A stretch of DNA of 63,162 nt, counting the filler, from Octopus bimaculoides (Eukaryota): the NCBI RefSeq assembly GCF_001194135.2. It is 6 parts of 5 records of this genome, joined end to end, with 100 filler letters (N's around TTAATTAATTAA, not from the genome) between each part and the next. Parts side by side here need not be neighbours in the genome. Positions count along the whole stretch, not along the records: positions 1 to 17,997 come from NC_068988.1; 5 more parts are not named here. One strand, given 5' to 3'. The notes under the pieces were generated by a model. That model searched no databases. It was not told the DNA's origin and was given only the letters and a program-made list of their open reading frames with translations. Positions 1 through 13,603 of this stretch are shown here, piece by piece (the first letter of the stretch is position 1; every line of letters starts with the position of its first letter). The position numbers and the translations under genes are program-made.

Positions 1-160
1 GAAGTTTGATTTCCTCATTAAAACAGGAATTCGCTTCTAATGATGAAAAGGCGATTTAAAAAAAAAAGAAAAAGAAAAGAAAAAAGATAAAAGGAAAAAG
101 GTAAAGGAAAACTAATTATTATTAGATGTTGGTGATGACATTTTTCTTTACCAAAATCTG

Positions 161-161
<1 letters not shown>

Positions 162-212
<51 letters not shown>

Positions 213-264
213 CAGCAGCAGCAGCAACAACAACATCGCTATCATCATCATTACCAGCAGCAAC

Positions 265-312
<48 letters not shown>

Positions 313-325
313 GGTGATGGTGGTG

Positions 326-372
<47 letters not shown>

Positions 373-451
373 GGTGGTAGTAGTAGTAGTTGGAGCAGCA
401 GCAGCAGCAACATCACTATCATCATCATTGCCAGCAGTAACAGTAGTAGTG

Positions 452-486
<35 letters not shown>

Positions 487-558
487 GGTGGTGGTGGTGG
501 TGGTGGTAGTAATAGTAGTAGTAGTAATAGTAGTAGAAGTAGTAGTAGTAGTGGTGGT

Positions 559-608
<50 letters not shown>

Positions 609-620
609 TGGTGGTGGTTG
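162..620. repeat. Compound (TAG)n/(TGG)n/(CAG)n trinucleotide microsatellite block
   Basis: Direct reading; source of the poly-V, poly-L and poly-P ORFs 18..428 and 302..568. Confidence 0.97.
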
Positions 621-1105
621 TTATCGTTGGGCTTGTGGTTTAGCCTCCATGTTTGCTCTCATCGAGCAAGCACACCCGTGTACGAAGATGTTCCACCCGT
701 GACAAACCCCTATCGATTTCATTCACTGTATATCTACGTAGGTCAGTCTTAGCATTATAGCCAGCCACCCCGGGCAAACCCCATTTTACAGAGATCAGAA
801 CTGAATCCCCGAACAAGAGGGGTTGCCGGACAAATCAATGCTCTGGGCCCTATAGTATTTATATATTGACAGCAAACTACAACATACACAGGTCACATTT
901 GGGCCCCTAGATCCCTAAGGCTTTTGGGCAAATTGGCCACGGTGACCATGGCCTAAGACGGCACTGTATTTAGGATTGTGATGTCCAATGCTTTTGATTT
1001 TTAATGAAAAAAAAAAAAAACTTACGGACGGGCTATCGAATGTGACTCAATGTGGTCGATCGAGCTGGTCGAAACAACAGCTAAATCTCATTTAAATTAC
1101 ACCTT

Positions 1106-1492
1106 GTTGTTGCTGGCACTCCGTCGCTTACGACATCAAGGGTTCCAGTTGATCCGATCAACGGAACAGCCTGCTCGTGAAATTAACGTGCAAGTGGCTG
1201 AGCACTCCACAGACACGTGTACCCTTAATGTAGTTCTCGGGGATATTCAGCGTGACACAGTGTGACAAGGCTGATCCTTAGAATTACAGGCACAAGAGAA
1301 TCAGGAAGTAAGAATGGGAGAAAGTTGTGGTGAAAGAGTACAGCAGGGTTCGCCACCATCCCCTGCCAGAGCCTTGTGGAGCTTTAGGTGTTTTCGCTCA
1401 ATAAACACTCACAACGCCTAGTCTGGGAATCGAAACCGCGATCCTATGACCGCGAGTCCGCTGCCCTAACCACTGGGCCATTGCGCCTCCAC
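1106..1492 (-). mobile_element. tRNA-headed SINE, family B, full length with 12-bp target-site duplication
   Basis: Minus-strand head TGTGGAGGCGCAATGGCCCAGTGGTTAGG (A box) ... GGTTTCGATTCCC (B box); (CAA)n tail; TSD AAATTACACCTT at 1094-1105 and 1493-1504; near-identical copy at 6965-7353. Confidence 0.9.
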
Positions 1493-1724
1493 AAATTACA
1501 CCTTACTGTCAAAAATAAAGCATGACACGGTAAGCATTTTTATCCCTGGTAGGCGGAAAGACAAGATGGTTACCTCTGGAGCGCATTTTGCGATAAGTCT
1601 TCTTTATCAGGACTAACTTTGGGCTAAAATGCAACTACTTAGTACCAAAAGGAACAGCTTTGAAGGCAACAAAAGGTAAAGGACAAAGATGACCTCAAAG
1701 ATATTTAAATTCAATCTTCATTTA

Positions 1725-2049
1725 TTTAATTACACACATACACACACGCACACAGTTACATATGCATGTAAGCTCACACACATACACACACACACACACA
1801 CACAAGCAAACATGCGTAAGCGGGCAGCACAGGCTAATACACTTGCATACTCACACACGTATGCACACGCATGCATGCAGACATGTGCACCCATGCAGCA
1901 ATGATTATTGACAGCTTATGAGTCAATAAGGAACACCTCTATGTGGTCGTCTGTCATCTAGAAATAGCAGGCAATTCTCCCCTACACACACACGCCCTCC
2001 CACACACACACATATTTATACACACACACACACATACACACACGCACAC

Positions 2050-2131
<82 letters not shown>

Positions 2132-2160
2132 GCACACACACAAACAGAAATATATATATA
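1725..2160. repeat. (CA)n / degenerate CA microsatellite block
   Basis: Direct reading; source of the HT/CV ORFs. Confidence 0.95.
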
Positions 2161-2162
2161 TA

Positions 2163-2322
2163 CAACGAGCTTCTTTCAGTTTCCGTCTATCAAATTTAAT
2201 CACAAGGGTTTGGTCGGCCCTATCTTATAGTAGAAGACACTTCTCGAAGCTAGCAAACAATCGGATTGAACCCGGAACCCTGCGCCCAGGGACCAAACTT
2301 CTTACTACGCAGCCACGCCTTA
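2163..2322 (-). mobile_element. tRNA-headed SINE, family A, 5' half
   Basis: Matches head and central segment (GGCTGCGTAGTAAG...GGGTTCAATCC...GTAGACGGAAACTGAAAGAAGC) of copies at 18934 and 50298. Confidence 0.8.
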
Positions 2323-2563
2323 CTATGTATGTATGTGTGTATGTATGTATGTATGTATGTATGTATGTATGTATGTATGTGAATGACTGTATAACTATGC
2401 GTATGCGCGCGCGCGTGTATGCGTGGGTGTGCATGTATGTGCGTGTGTTCGAGCAATGACCATCCAGTTATTTTCAAATTGCGTATGCACCTACGTAGCA
2501 TCACACCATCGAATATATATATAGGTATGTATATGTATATATATATATGTATATATATATGTG

Positions 2564-2609
<46 letters not shown>

Positions 2610-3866
2610 NNNNNNNNNNNNNNNNNNNNNNNNNNNNNNNNNNNNNNNNNNNNNNNNNNNNNNNNNNNNNNNNNNNNNNNNNNNNNNNNNNNNNNNNNNN
2701 NNNNNNNNNNNNNNNNNNNNNNNNNNNNNNNNNNNNNNNNNNNNNNNNNNNNNNNNNNNNNNNNNNNNNNNNNNNNNNNNNNNNNNNNNNNNNNNNNNNN
2801 NNNNNNNNNNNNNNNNNNNNNNNNNNNNNNNNNNNNNAGTACATATTCATACATACATACATACATACATACAAACGTTACAGTTTGCAACGATAGAGGG
2901 AGTATATGAGTATACTCAATATATATATTAAAGTGTATATATTGTTTATTTAAACCGTTTTACTCGGGAACCTAAACGCCACTGCCATCAATCAAGCGAC
3001 ATTTTCCTTTTATTTTTAATCTCCATTTATATTCATTCAAGCATCAAAGAAGGTTCGTTCCTCTGTGTGTACCTTTCGCTTTTATTGGCCACTAGTGGAT
3101 TTTCCTATGTTTTTTTTTTTTGTTATTGTTGTCTTTTCTATTATTAATCGATTTTTTTTTATCGTATCCGGTTTCTCTAAGTTGTTGTATATTGGTTAGT
3201 CGCTTAATCTTATTTTGTTCAGATTTTGTCTTTAAATCATTGGTCGATTTCGTTCTTGTTTCCTGTTTCAGTAAGTTATCGTACATTTTCATTGGCTTCT
3301 GCTAGATTTCATTTGTGTATTTCACTATCTCTGAATTACTGGGGTCAGTATTAACTCTGCATGTTTCGTTTGATCTCACTAAATTTTATTGTTCTGTTAT
3401 GCCGTTTATCAGTTCACTGTAATAATAATATCCAGTTTCTGAAATTGTTAATTCCTTTAGGTGTTGGATTTATCTGTTGTCGCTAAATATTGTTTTGTTC
3501 TTGCTTTCGTGGTCAGTTCGTTTGCGATTGAATTTTCCGATCACTACGACGATTATTGATTATTACCTTTCTTACACAGCTATTTCCATTGCTATTACGT
3601 CATGAAATGCTCACCCTGTTTGCAATTCAGACCAATTTTTTCAAATGAACTTATTCTGGTGTCTACACCATGAGTTTAGATCACCTCTCTCATTGAGTTA
3701 GAAAATGTTTTGTATAATTGTATTGCAGCTTTCTGTAGTACATGAGGATCATGAAATCTGAATTCTTTTCATTGAGCCCTTTATTAAACACTTGCGTATT
3801 ATGTCTATGAAATATGTATTCTGAAGACAAATGCTAGTATAGCTCACTCCTGAATTTAATTGTGAA

Positions 3867-3892
3867 TCTATATATATAAAAATGAGAATGTG

Positions 3893-3943
<51 letters not shown>

Positions 3944-5352
3944 GTGAATCCCTAAAACTCGAGAACTACGCAACCAATTTCATTCAAATTTTACACATGC
4001 CTTACTTAGGGTTCCAGTTGTGCTTTAGTCAAAAAAAATTATTAACTTCTTGCAGAGTTCGAGCACACGGCAACATAATATCTCCTCCACTATTTAAGTA
4101 TTACGTGTCAAAAGTGAAACAAAAACGCTCATGTCAAATACTTTCACTTTAAAAATGAAACTATTCCACTAACTGAAACAATCACATTTCGATACTGTAG
4201 TGACAGNNNNNNNNNNNNNNNNNNNNNNNNNNNNNNNNNNNNNNNNNNNNNNNNNNNNNNNNNNNNNNNNNNNNNNNNNNNNNNNNNNNNNNNNNNNNNN
4301 NNNNNNNNNNNNNNNNNNNNNNNNNNNNNNNNNNNNNNNNNNNNNNNNNNNNNNNNNNNNNNNNNNNNNNNNNNNNNNNNNNNNNNNNNNNNNNNNNNNN
4401 NNNNNNNNNNNNNNNNNNNNNNNNNNNNNNNNNNNNNNNNNNNNNNNNNNNNNNNNNNNNNNNNNNNNNNNNNNNNNNNNNNNNNNNNNNNNNNNNNNNN
4501 NNNNNNNNNNNNNNNNNNNNNNNNNNNNNNNNNNNNNNNNNNNNNNNNNNNNNNNNNNNNNNNNNNNNNNNNNNNNNNNNNNNNNNNNNNNNNNNNNNNN
4601 NNNNNNNNNNNNNNNNNNNNNNNNNNNNNNNNNNNNNNNNNNNNNNNNNNNNNNNNNNNNNNNNNNNNNNNNNNNNNNNNNNNNNNNNNNNNNNNNNNNN
4701 NNNNNNNNNNNNNNNNNNNNNNNNNNNNNNNNNNNNNNNNNNNNNNNNNNNNNNNNNNNNNNNNNNNNNNNNNNNNNNNNNNNNNNNNNNNNNNNNNNNN
4801 NNNNNNNNNNNNNNNNNNNNNNNNNNNNNNNNNNNNNNNNNNNNNNNNNNNNNNNNNNNNNNNNNNNNNNNNNNNNNNNNNNNNNNNNNNNNNNNNNNNN
4901 NNNNNNNNNNNNNNNNNNNNNNNNNNNNNNNNNNNNNNNNNNNNNNNNNNNNNNNNNNNNNNNNNNNNNNNNNNNNNNNNNNNNNNNNNNNNNNNNNNNN
5001 GCTGGTCTTCTCTTGGAAGAGCCCTGCTTCTCACATGGACAACTGTATGTTGGCTGCTCAAGAGTGGGCAGCAACAAAAAACCTATTTGTATATGCTCCA
5101 CAAGGGAAAACAAGGAACATAGTTTACAATGAGGTGTTATAATCACAACAGCAAGAAAGTATGTACATGATCACCTTCTTTTACGAAACTTCATTGACTT
5201 TCATATATTTATATTGATATACATATATATACGTGTGTTTGGGTGCGTGTGTGTATATACATCTCTATATATAAAGATGATGCGTAGTCTAGACGGCGTT
5301 TTTAGATTTCATTATTCTCTTTAACCCGGGCAACGCCGGGTATTTCTGCTAG
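3867..5352 (+). mobile_element. Non-autonomous Helitron with both termini (internal gap)
   Basis: Starts A|TCTATATATATAAAAATGAG then (GTCT)n; ends with GC hairpin CCCGGGCAACGCCGGG (5325-5340), 8 nt, CTAG (5349-5352)|T; A/T insertion site with no TSD is the Helitron signature. Confidence 0.85.
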
Positions 5353-6299
5353 TTAAATTATAAATGTTTGATACTGAATATTGAGCATTTTTAAATGAAT
5401 AAAGGCTACACGACGAGTGATAGTATTTTCGAAATTTCAATAAGTCTGCGTGGATTCCGGAGATTTCAAAAAATATGTCGACGTCTGTGTGTATATAAAA
5501 TCAGTAACGGTTTGATCTTGGTCACTGTATCTGTTGTTGATGGAGGCGAGGAGTGTATATATCATTTTATACACAAATTTACGCTAGAAACATGGGCACA
5601 TGTCCAGAGAAGTGATATATAGGATTGGTACTATATTTGACAGCATATTAAATATGTAAGGCGCTCTTCGATATCAACAGGAATACTAAAGAAAAATCTT
5701 TTTATCGTGTTTCAATATAGCTATAGTGTAACAGAAAAAAAAAAAAACTCGGTCAAAACATGCAACTCGAACAGCAGGAAGAATCTCTTTAATAAGAATA
5801 CTATTATAATTTACCAGAGAAAACAAAAGCAGTTTAGCTGGAGCAGAAAACACTTTATAACAACAAGCTTCCAATAGAGATGAAAATACCGGTAAATCAG
5901 GAAATCCGACTACAAGAACTGTCATCTTACATAAATACATTAATGGCAGAAAGAACAAAAACACCATATTTATCTCTGGCCTCATTAATTATCATTTTGG
6001 TTAGAAATATCTTTTACACAGTATCTTTTTTAATTTCTGTTCAAGTTGTGGCTAAAGTAGGACAAAATTAGTTACATTTACCTACTTTTTTGTAATTTTT
6101 AGCAATCTATAACCTTTGTTCTTGTTTTCTCTTATAATTCTTTTGCTTTAGGTGGTGTCCCTCAAAACTCACATTGTTGCACTCTATTACCATATTCCTT
6201 AGCATAGATTTCTGCTAGTTTATTGGTCTCACAACAGTCTTCTATGCACAACGAACTCTTTAATCGTTCGCTCTCTACAGAGTTGTGCCCTGCCATTTG

Positions 6300-6429
6300 G
6301 AAGCACATTTCAGTGTGTGCCGTTTCAAAAAAAGGCAAACCCACCCGATCCAATGAACTACCCTCTCATCGGCCTCACTTCTAACATCTCGAAGGTAATG
6401 GAAGCGGCCATAACGTTTCTCAACACTTT

Positions 6430-6498
<69 letters not shown>

Positions 6499-7800
6499 CC
6501 CCTCTCTCTCTCTCTCCCCCTCTCTCTCTCTCTCCCTGCTCTCAGCGATTGCCACTACCGCTTCCGCAGAGCCAAACTCACTGGATACCTACTCTCTTAC
6601 ATCATTCATCAGTGAAATCTCACTTCAGAGAAGTTCAGCGGAACTAATATTGTAACTTCAGACATTAGCAAAGTCTTCGCCCGTGTCTGGCAAGCGAATC
6701 CCCAAAGAAAACTTATCGCCAACGAGCTCCAACTAACGCTCATCTCTTGGGTCGATCGCCTCTTTTCAGATCGCCGGCACATGTTAATGGAGCTCTTTCT
6801 GCCCAATTCTCAGTTAATTCTGGTGTTCCTCAGGCTTCGGCTTTATCCTCCACTCTTTTCGTCTTATACACCAATAACCTACTTGTCGCCCACATCAGTT
6901 TCCACACTCATGTATATGATACAACCCTTCATTCTTTACTAACTTTCTCTAACTATGCATCATTTTGTTGTTGTTGGCACTCCGTCGCTTACGACGTCGA
7001 GGGTTCCAGTTGATCCGATCAACGGAACAGCCTGCTCGTGAAATTAACGCGCAAGTGGCTGAGCACTCCACAGACACGTGCACCCTTGACGTAGTTCTCG
7101 GGGATATTCAGCGTGACACAGTGTGACAAGGCTGACCCTTTGAATTACAGGGACAACAGAAACAGGAAGTAAGAATGAGAGAAAGTTGTGGTGGAAGAGT
7201 ACAGCAGGGTTCGCCACCATCCCCTGTCGGAACCTCGTGGAGCTTTAGGTGTTTTCGCTCAATAAACACTCACAACGCCCGGTCTGGAAATCGAAACCAC
7301 GATCCTATGACCGCGAGTCCGTTGCCCTAACCACTAGGCCATTGCGCCTCCACATGTATCATCTACACACATCCTAAAGACCACATTCCAAACCTGCATT
7401 GGTTCCATAAACTGGGACCATGAGAACATTCTCAAGTAATATCATCTAACATTGACTTTTCGAGCAGGAAAAAAAATCAAGTACTGCTAATATCAAGCAT
7501 ACACCGCCGTAACTCTCCAAATACGGGCAGCATTCAGTTAGGTGCCTCTCAGTCGCTCTAAATGCCGGGCCTCGTTATCACCGCAGTTCTCTTCTGGTGA
7601 AAGTACATCCTTAACATAACTAGGACCGCATCCTAAAGACTGACCCTTCTCTTCGACGCCAGAAAAATTTTTCAGCCACCCCTATAACAGCTGCAGACAC
7701 TCTACAAGGATCAGATAAGACCTATAATGTTGTTCTGCATACACTTCTGGGATGGTGATGTTGCTACACACACGCGCATCCTGGACCGCATCTAGAGAAA
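6300..7800 (+). mobile_element. Decayed CR1/L2-type LINE reverse-transcriptase region, interrupted by (CT)n and a SINE
   Basis: Frameshifted motifs PFQKKANPPDPMNYPLIGLTSNISKVME, SDISKVFARVW, VNSGVPQASALSSTLFVLYTNNL...YDTTLHS, TLYKDQIRPIMLFCIHFWDG correspond to LINE RT consensus blocks. Confidence 0.8.
6965..7353 (-). mobile_element. tRNA-headed SINE, family B, inserted into the LINE RT relic
   Basis: Highly similar to 1106-1492; RT motifs continue on both sides. Confidence 0.9.
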
Positions 7801-8808
7801 GGCCACTCTGATTGACAGTCAATCACAGTCGGATGATATCAATTCAGATAGATATAATCTGCTATGTAAGCATAAAGGTTCGGAATGGTAGGATAATTTG
7901 AGGCATTCATGCCATTTCAATTAGTTTATGTTAGTTTTAATGAGAGTGTCAGAGCTGGTCTAAAAGGTCAATCTTTACAATCTTCCATCAGTGCTGCGTG
8001 GTGTTTCTAGTTTGCTTAGAACTCAGTGGAGACAATTCATTACTAAAATGTAGTTGCTGTTGACGCTGTTTGACCCCCCCCCCCCCGGTTAAAACTGATT
8101 GAGCAAACNNNNNNNNNNCCCCCCCCCCCGGTTAAAACTGATTGAGCAAACAAATAACCCTAAATCATTCCAGCTATAATCATCTTCTTTCAAAGATATT
8201 TGTGGTTACCTTATTCTACGTATACTTCTTGCGTGGTTTGATTTGCGATGGAGATTTGACTGCTATTTCTAGCAGGCAAAGTGACCATGTGATGGCTTAC
8301 TCGAAATAAATAGCTGAAAAGTATTCTGTGAGCTTGCGTAATTTTGTATCATGTCATAAACTGTCGTCCTATCCAGGTGAAGAGAGATGTCTCTTCACTG
8401 TCCAACACCATAAATAATATTCGTATTCTACGCGTGTTAACTTTCTACACATCGCTGAGGTGAACCACAAAGACTTCAGGGCCTTTGACCGGTAGTGAGA
8501 AACGAACTGCCGACTAATAATGCGACATACGCAGAGAAAAACAATGACGCAGCCGCAGCGGGATCGTTCAACCTGTTAGAGAAAATAGTCAAGTCTCCCT
8601 CAAATCACACTCCAGCATCTTGTGAAAAAAATCCCGTCAGATAATATAGTCAGAAATATAAATTCATTCCACAATGGGCAGCAGAACTGAAATTTTGGTG
8701 AGAGGGGTGAGTCGACTACATCAACCCCGGTGCACGACTGGTATTTATTTGATCGACCCTGAAACGATAAAACATAAGGCCGACCTCGGCGGAATTGTGA
8801 TGTCTTTA

Positions 8809-9003
8809 TCTTTTATTGTTTACTTGTTTCAATCATTAGACTACGGCCATGCTGGGGCACCGCCTTGAAGAATTTTAGCCGAACGAATCGACCCCGGTAC
8901 GAATGTTTTTGTTTTAAACCTGGTACTTATTCTATTATTCGCTTTAGCCGAACCACTAAGTTATGAGGCCGTAAACATACCAACACCGGTTGCCAAGCGG
9001 TGG

Positions 9004-9053
<50 letters not shown>

Positions 9054-9215
9054 ACATACACACATACACACACATGCACATACGACGGGCTTCTTTCAGT
9101 TTCCGTCTACCAAATCCACTCACAAGGATTTGGTGGGCCCGAGGCTATAGGGCTATAGTAAGAAGATGCTTGCTCAAGGTGCCACGCAGGCGACTGAACA
9201 TACAGTGCCGGAACT
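8809..9215 (-). mobile_element. tRNA-headed SINE, family A, with internal (CA)n
   Basis: Tail GGCCATGCTGGGGCACCGCC...CTGGTACTTATTCT and central GGGCTTCTTTCAGTTTCCGTCTACCAAATCCACTCACAAGG shared with other copies. Confidence 0.8.
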
Positions 9216-10489
9216 GAAGTCGTTAAACCATTTTATTTGACTCACAGAAATAACAGGGTTGTCACAAGTGGAGTGTCTTTTATCGTAGCTGAGTATCTTC
9301 GTGTTGAGGCGAATTAACAACAAGAATACTGGATAAAAAAAAGGCAGTAAAAATACAAAAAATAGAGGAAATAAAAATCATGATAACGAGCGCTGATGGT
9401 AGATATAGTGTGAGTAGACGTTTACAGTGAGTAGAGCAATCGATCACCATTTAAACAGCATGGAATAACTAACCACGATTTATTACATTTATTTATTTCT
9501 CCAGGCACCAGTGCGGATAAATAGAATCAATTGCTTAACCTTCCGGTAATCAGTGAGGTATCCGTCAACAGGTGAATAGCACTATTAATTTTGGCGGACA
9601 AGGGTAGGGGTAGATGACGAAACTGTAAATTATGCTGATAAATATATCAATATTCATATTCCTATAAAACATCTAAGACAACTTAGTGGAATACCAAATC
9701 GATTCCGTTCCACGAGTCTGATTTTTTAAAAATTTTTAACCGACTCTGGGGAGGATGAAAGATAAAAGGGAATATTTGACCTCAGCATGATTTGAACTCA
9801 GAATCCAAAAAGGATGTAACTAAATACCGTTGGCGTTGTGTCCAACGATCTAGCGAATCTACCAATTCCGCAGCCGTAGTCGTTAATGCTTATAGGTTAT
9901 ATTTCTTCGCAGTTACACTTTCAGTGTTTGTCATAAAACACCTTCCATCACAGGACTGGAAGATAATGACTCAGCAAAGAAAATTATGACTCAATACATA
10001 TAACAATGACAACCCGGATATCCGGTTACTGGGTTAAGACGACTTCTGTAATTGATCTGTTTCAATCAATCGATATTAGCAATACCTTCATTGTTTTTGT
10101 TTTTGTTTTTTCTTTTTTTTTTTGCTTGTTGCTTTCATTGGACTGTGGCCATGCTAGGGCACCACTTTGAATGGGTTTGGTCGAACAAATCGCGACATCA
10201 ATACTAATTTTATGTTTGGTACTTATTCGATCGGATTTTTTTTTGCCGAACTGCTAAGTTACGGGGAATACAAACAAACAAAAACCAGTTGTCAAGAAGA
10301 ATTGGAGAACAAACACAAAAATAGACACACATCTACATACATACATACATGCATACATACATACATACACAAACACACATACATACATACATACATACAT
10401 ACAGACAGACAGACATACAGACATACATACATGCGTACATACATACATACATACATACATACTCCCGCAAAGAAGGCGGGAGAGACATG

Positions 10490-10830
10490 CTGCAATATAC
10501 ATCTGGAAAATCTTGGAAGGACTTGTACTAAACTTTGGCATTGAAAGTTATATAAACACCAGAACAAGGCGCCATTGCATAGTGCTTAAAATCCCACCCT
10601 TGCCGTTAAAATACAGGAATAGGTACTGCAATAGCTTGGGATTCAGGGTCCCACAGCTCTTAGATATTTTCCTGAAGAAACTGAGAGCTTACCTGGGTTG
10701 CACGTAGATGTTTCAAAATGAAATGCGATCTCCTATCAAAAGTTCCAGGAATGAGGGCAGTAGCAGTATCAAACTACCTGCAACACCAGTTGGCGGTGCT
10801 CCAGCATGGCCACAAATCTCGAGCTGAAAC
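10490..10830 (+). mobile_element. 3' end of a CR1/L2-type LINE (ORF2 C-terminus plus 3' UTR)
   Basis: LEGLVLNFGIESYINTRTRRHCIVLKIPPLPLKYRNRYCNSLGFRVPQLLDIF...VDVFKMKCDLLSKVP resembles the CR1/L2-group C-terminus; followed by GGCGGTGCTCCAGCATGGCCACA, also found at the SINE-A 3' end. Confidence 0.65.
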
Positions 10831-10849
10831 TGTTCAACTCACACATTCA

Positions 10850-11700
10850 TGACACCTGCCTTGCTCTTCGTTGCTTTAATTTTTTCTCCATTCCTCTTGG
10901 CCCCTCGAGACTCTTTTTCACATTTGACGCCACTGTTATTCCTCGCAATGAAAACCTCCTCACCTTAAGACATTTCCTTGATCCACGTCCTGGTCTTCAA
11001 CATGACACCTCTATCACCCACCATTTATCTGAACATGTCCTCTCTTTAAGCTGCTTCCTGTTCGCTGGAGAATTTTACAATCAGATCTCGGAATTAGCCG
11101 TGGGAACGGGAATAGGTCCCAACTATGCAAACCTGTTCGTCGGCAATGTTGAGACCCAAATATTCTTTTAGTTATACGGTCGTTACATTGATGACTATTA
11201 GCGCAAACTCACTCTCCCACGAACAGATTATCTCCTCCTTCTCATCCGGTCAAGCCCTTCAATCCCCGCCATTGAATTCTCCTGCCCTGTCAACTTTCTC
11301 GAAATTTTCGTTTCCACCCAAAACCTCTCTCTTAGCACTCCCAGTCACAATAAACCCTCAGACTCACATTCTTACCCCAACTTCTCCTCCTACCCTACCC
11401 ACACCAAAATGTCCATCCTTTACTCCTAATCCCTCCTTCTCTGCTGGCTTTGTAGTGACGACCATGACTTCGAGACACAGTTTTAATTCCCGACTCACTA
11501 CTTCCCCCATCGGGGATACCTTCACCGTTATCCAAACCGCTCTCGCTCGTGTCCGATCTGTTGACCGTGCATCCATTCTCTCTCCCCGTATCCGCCCCAT
11601 CCTTACTAGCCTCCCAACAGCTACCTCCTATGCTACCCGTATTCTATTTGACGCATCCGTTCATGTCGACATAATCCCTCTACACCTTAACACAAACATT
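10850..11700 (+). mobile_element. Penelope-like element relic (RT domain, frameshifted)
   Basis: VIPRNENLLTLRHFLD...FLFAGEFYNQ...VGTGIGPNYANLFVGNVE, then GRYIDD near 11140 and KPSDSHSY-type and thumb motifs typical of PLE RTs. Confidence 0.85.
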
Positions 11701-11867
11701 TTACACACACACTTGCAAGCTCTCTTACACGCATATTCATACGCACAAAAAATACACACACACATACACACATGCACACACATATATTAGCATACACACA
11801 CACACTTTATCCAACAGCTCTATATTCACAAACAGATGAAAGCAAGGACACTCACATCTTTTATCTC

Positions 11868-12104
11868 TCTTTATCTTTTACCTGTTTCGGTCACCCGACT
11901 GTGGTCATGCTGGGGCACAGCCCAGAAGCTTTCAGTCGATCAAATGAACCACAGGACTTATTTTTTGTAAGCCCGGTACTTATTCCGTCGGTTTTTTTGC
12001 CGAACCGCTACGCCACGGGGACGCAAAAACACCAACACCGGTTGCCAACTGGTGATGGTGGGACAAACAAATACACACTCACACCCACATGCACACACGC
12101 ACGT

Positions 12105-12173
<69 letters not shown>

Positions 12174-12338
12174 CGACGGTCTCTTTCAGCTTCTGTCAAC
12201 CAAATTCACTCAGAAGGCTTTGGTCGGCCTGAGGTTATAGTAGAAGACACTTGCCCAAGGTGTCACGCGGAGGGACTGAACCCTGAACATTATGATTGGA
12301 AAGCAAGTTTCTTACAACACAGCCACGACTGCGCCATA
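11868..12338 (-). mobile_element. tRNA-headed SINE, family A, full length with internal (CA)n
   Basis: Complete head-to-tail match to other family A copies. Confidence 0.85.
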
Positions 12339-12776
12339 TATACACACACACGCGCATAAACACACACAATATTCTCGCATAAACACATAATATACACGCA
12401 CACAACAACGTGATACATACAAACACACGCACGCACACACACACAAATGTCCGACTGTCTCTTACACACACACATATACCAAACAAAGACAGAAGAACAC
12501 ACATGCACGCGCACACATTACTAGCACCCGTTATACATGTACACATTAGCTGTTACACATACGCGTCTGCACACACACAGCTGATAGCCTCACACCGTTA
12601 ATTTAGCACCGTTCACTCATATGTTGTGTGGTATTTAATTTACCTGTATTTGTCCATGTTGCTTCGACACATACTATTGGCTACTCTGAGCTATCTCGCT
12701 TATGTCAATTTGCTTACACGCACACTCACACACACACACGCACACATATCTATAATTGTTTTTATGCGAAGTTATA

Positions 12777-13266
12777 TCTATATATATAAAATACAAGATG
12801 TGTGTCTGCCTGTGTGTTTGTCATGTTAAAACTCGAGATCTACCCAATCGATTTTAATGAAATTTTACACTTGCATTACATAGAGTCCGTGGAGTGTTAT
12901 GGGTCAAAAGAATTTCCAACTTCTTGCCTAATGCGGGCCCAGGGGCAGATAAACTGCATTTTAAAAGCATTTCCGCAGTGTTAAGGCTCTTAACTCGAAG
13001 TGTTTCCAGCCGCATTCCTCCAAATTTGCAACAAACATTAATCAGGATCCTCGAATTACTGTTGACTAAAAAAATTTCCGACGCCGACTATGACCCTCTC
13101 CAACAGATACAAATTAATCAGATTTAAGTATACTGGGTTTTATCTTTGTTTTGGACCATATTCCGACGAAAAAAAAATACACTACTTATGTATTTTTATA
13201 ATACTTGTGTATTATAAGTAGCGTATAATATTTCATGAAAACCTTTTTGTCCAATTTGGCAGAGGA
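12777..13266 (+). mobile_element. Helitron 5' portion (3' end lost in gap)
   Basis: A|TCTATATATATAAAATACAAGATGTGTGTCTG...AAAACTCGAGA...AAATTTTACAC parallels the 5' end of 3867-5352. Confidence 0.7.
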
Positions 13267-13603
13267 NNNNNNNNNNNNNNNNNNNNNNNNNNNNNNNNNN
13301 NNNNNNNNNNNNNNNNNNNNNNNNNNNNNNNNNNNNNNNNNNNNNNNNNNNNNNNNNNNNNNNNNNNNNNNNNNNNNNNNNNNNNNNNNNNNNNNNNNNN
13401 NNNNNNNNNNNNNNNNNNNNNNNNNNNNNNNNNNNNNNNNNNNNNNNNNNNNNNNNNNNNNNNNNNNNNNNNNNNNNNNNNNNNNNNNNNNNNNNNNNNN
13501 NNNNNNNNNNNNNNNNNNNNNNNNNNNNNNNNNNNNNNNNNNNNNNNNNNNNNNNNNNNNNNNNNNNNNNNNNNNNNNNNNNNNNNNNNNNNNNNNNTAA
13601 ATA

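Noticed and set aside
840-968. CAGTGCCGTCTTAGGCC-type end suggesting a hAT-like MITE
   Set aside because: No matching opposite TIR or TSD found
1380-1492. tRNA-like sequences (also at 18934, 25010 and other SINE heads)
   Set aside because: A/B boxes without a complete cloverleaf, always followed by SINE bodies
3050-3720. Strand-biased AT-rich tract as a decayed LINE ORF
   Set aside because: No diagnostic motif could be read in any frame
8074-8150. Direct repeat CCCCCCCCCGGTTAAAACTGATTGAGCAAAC either side of a 10-N gap
   Set aside because: Unmerged contig overlap
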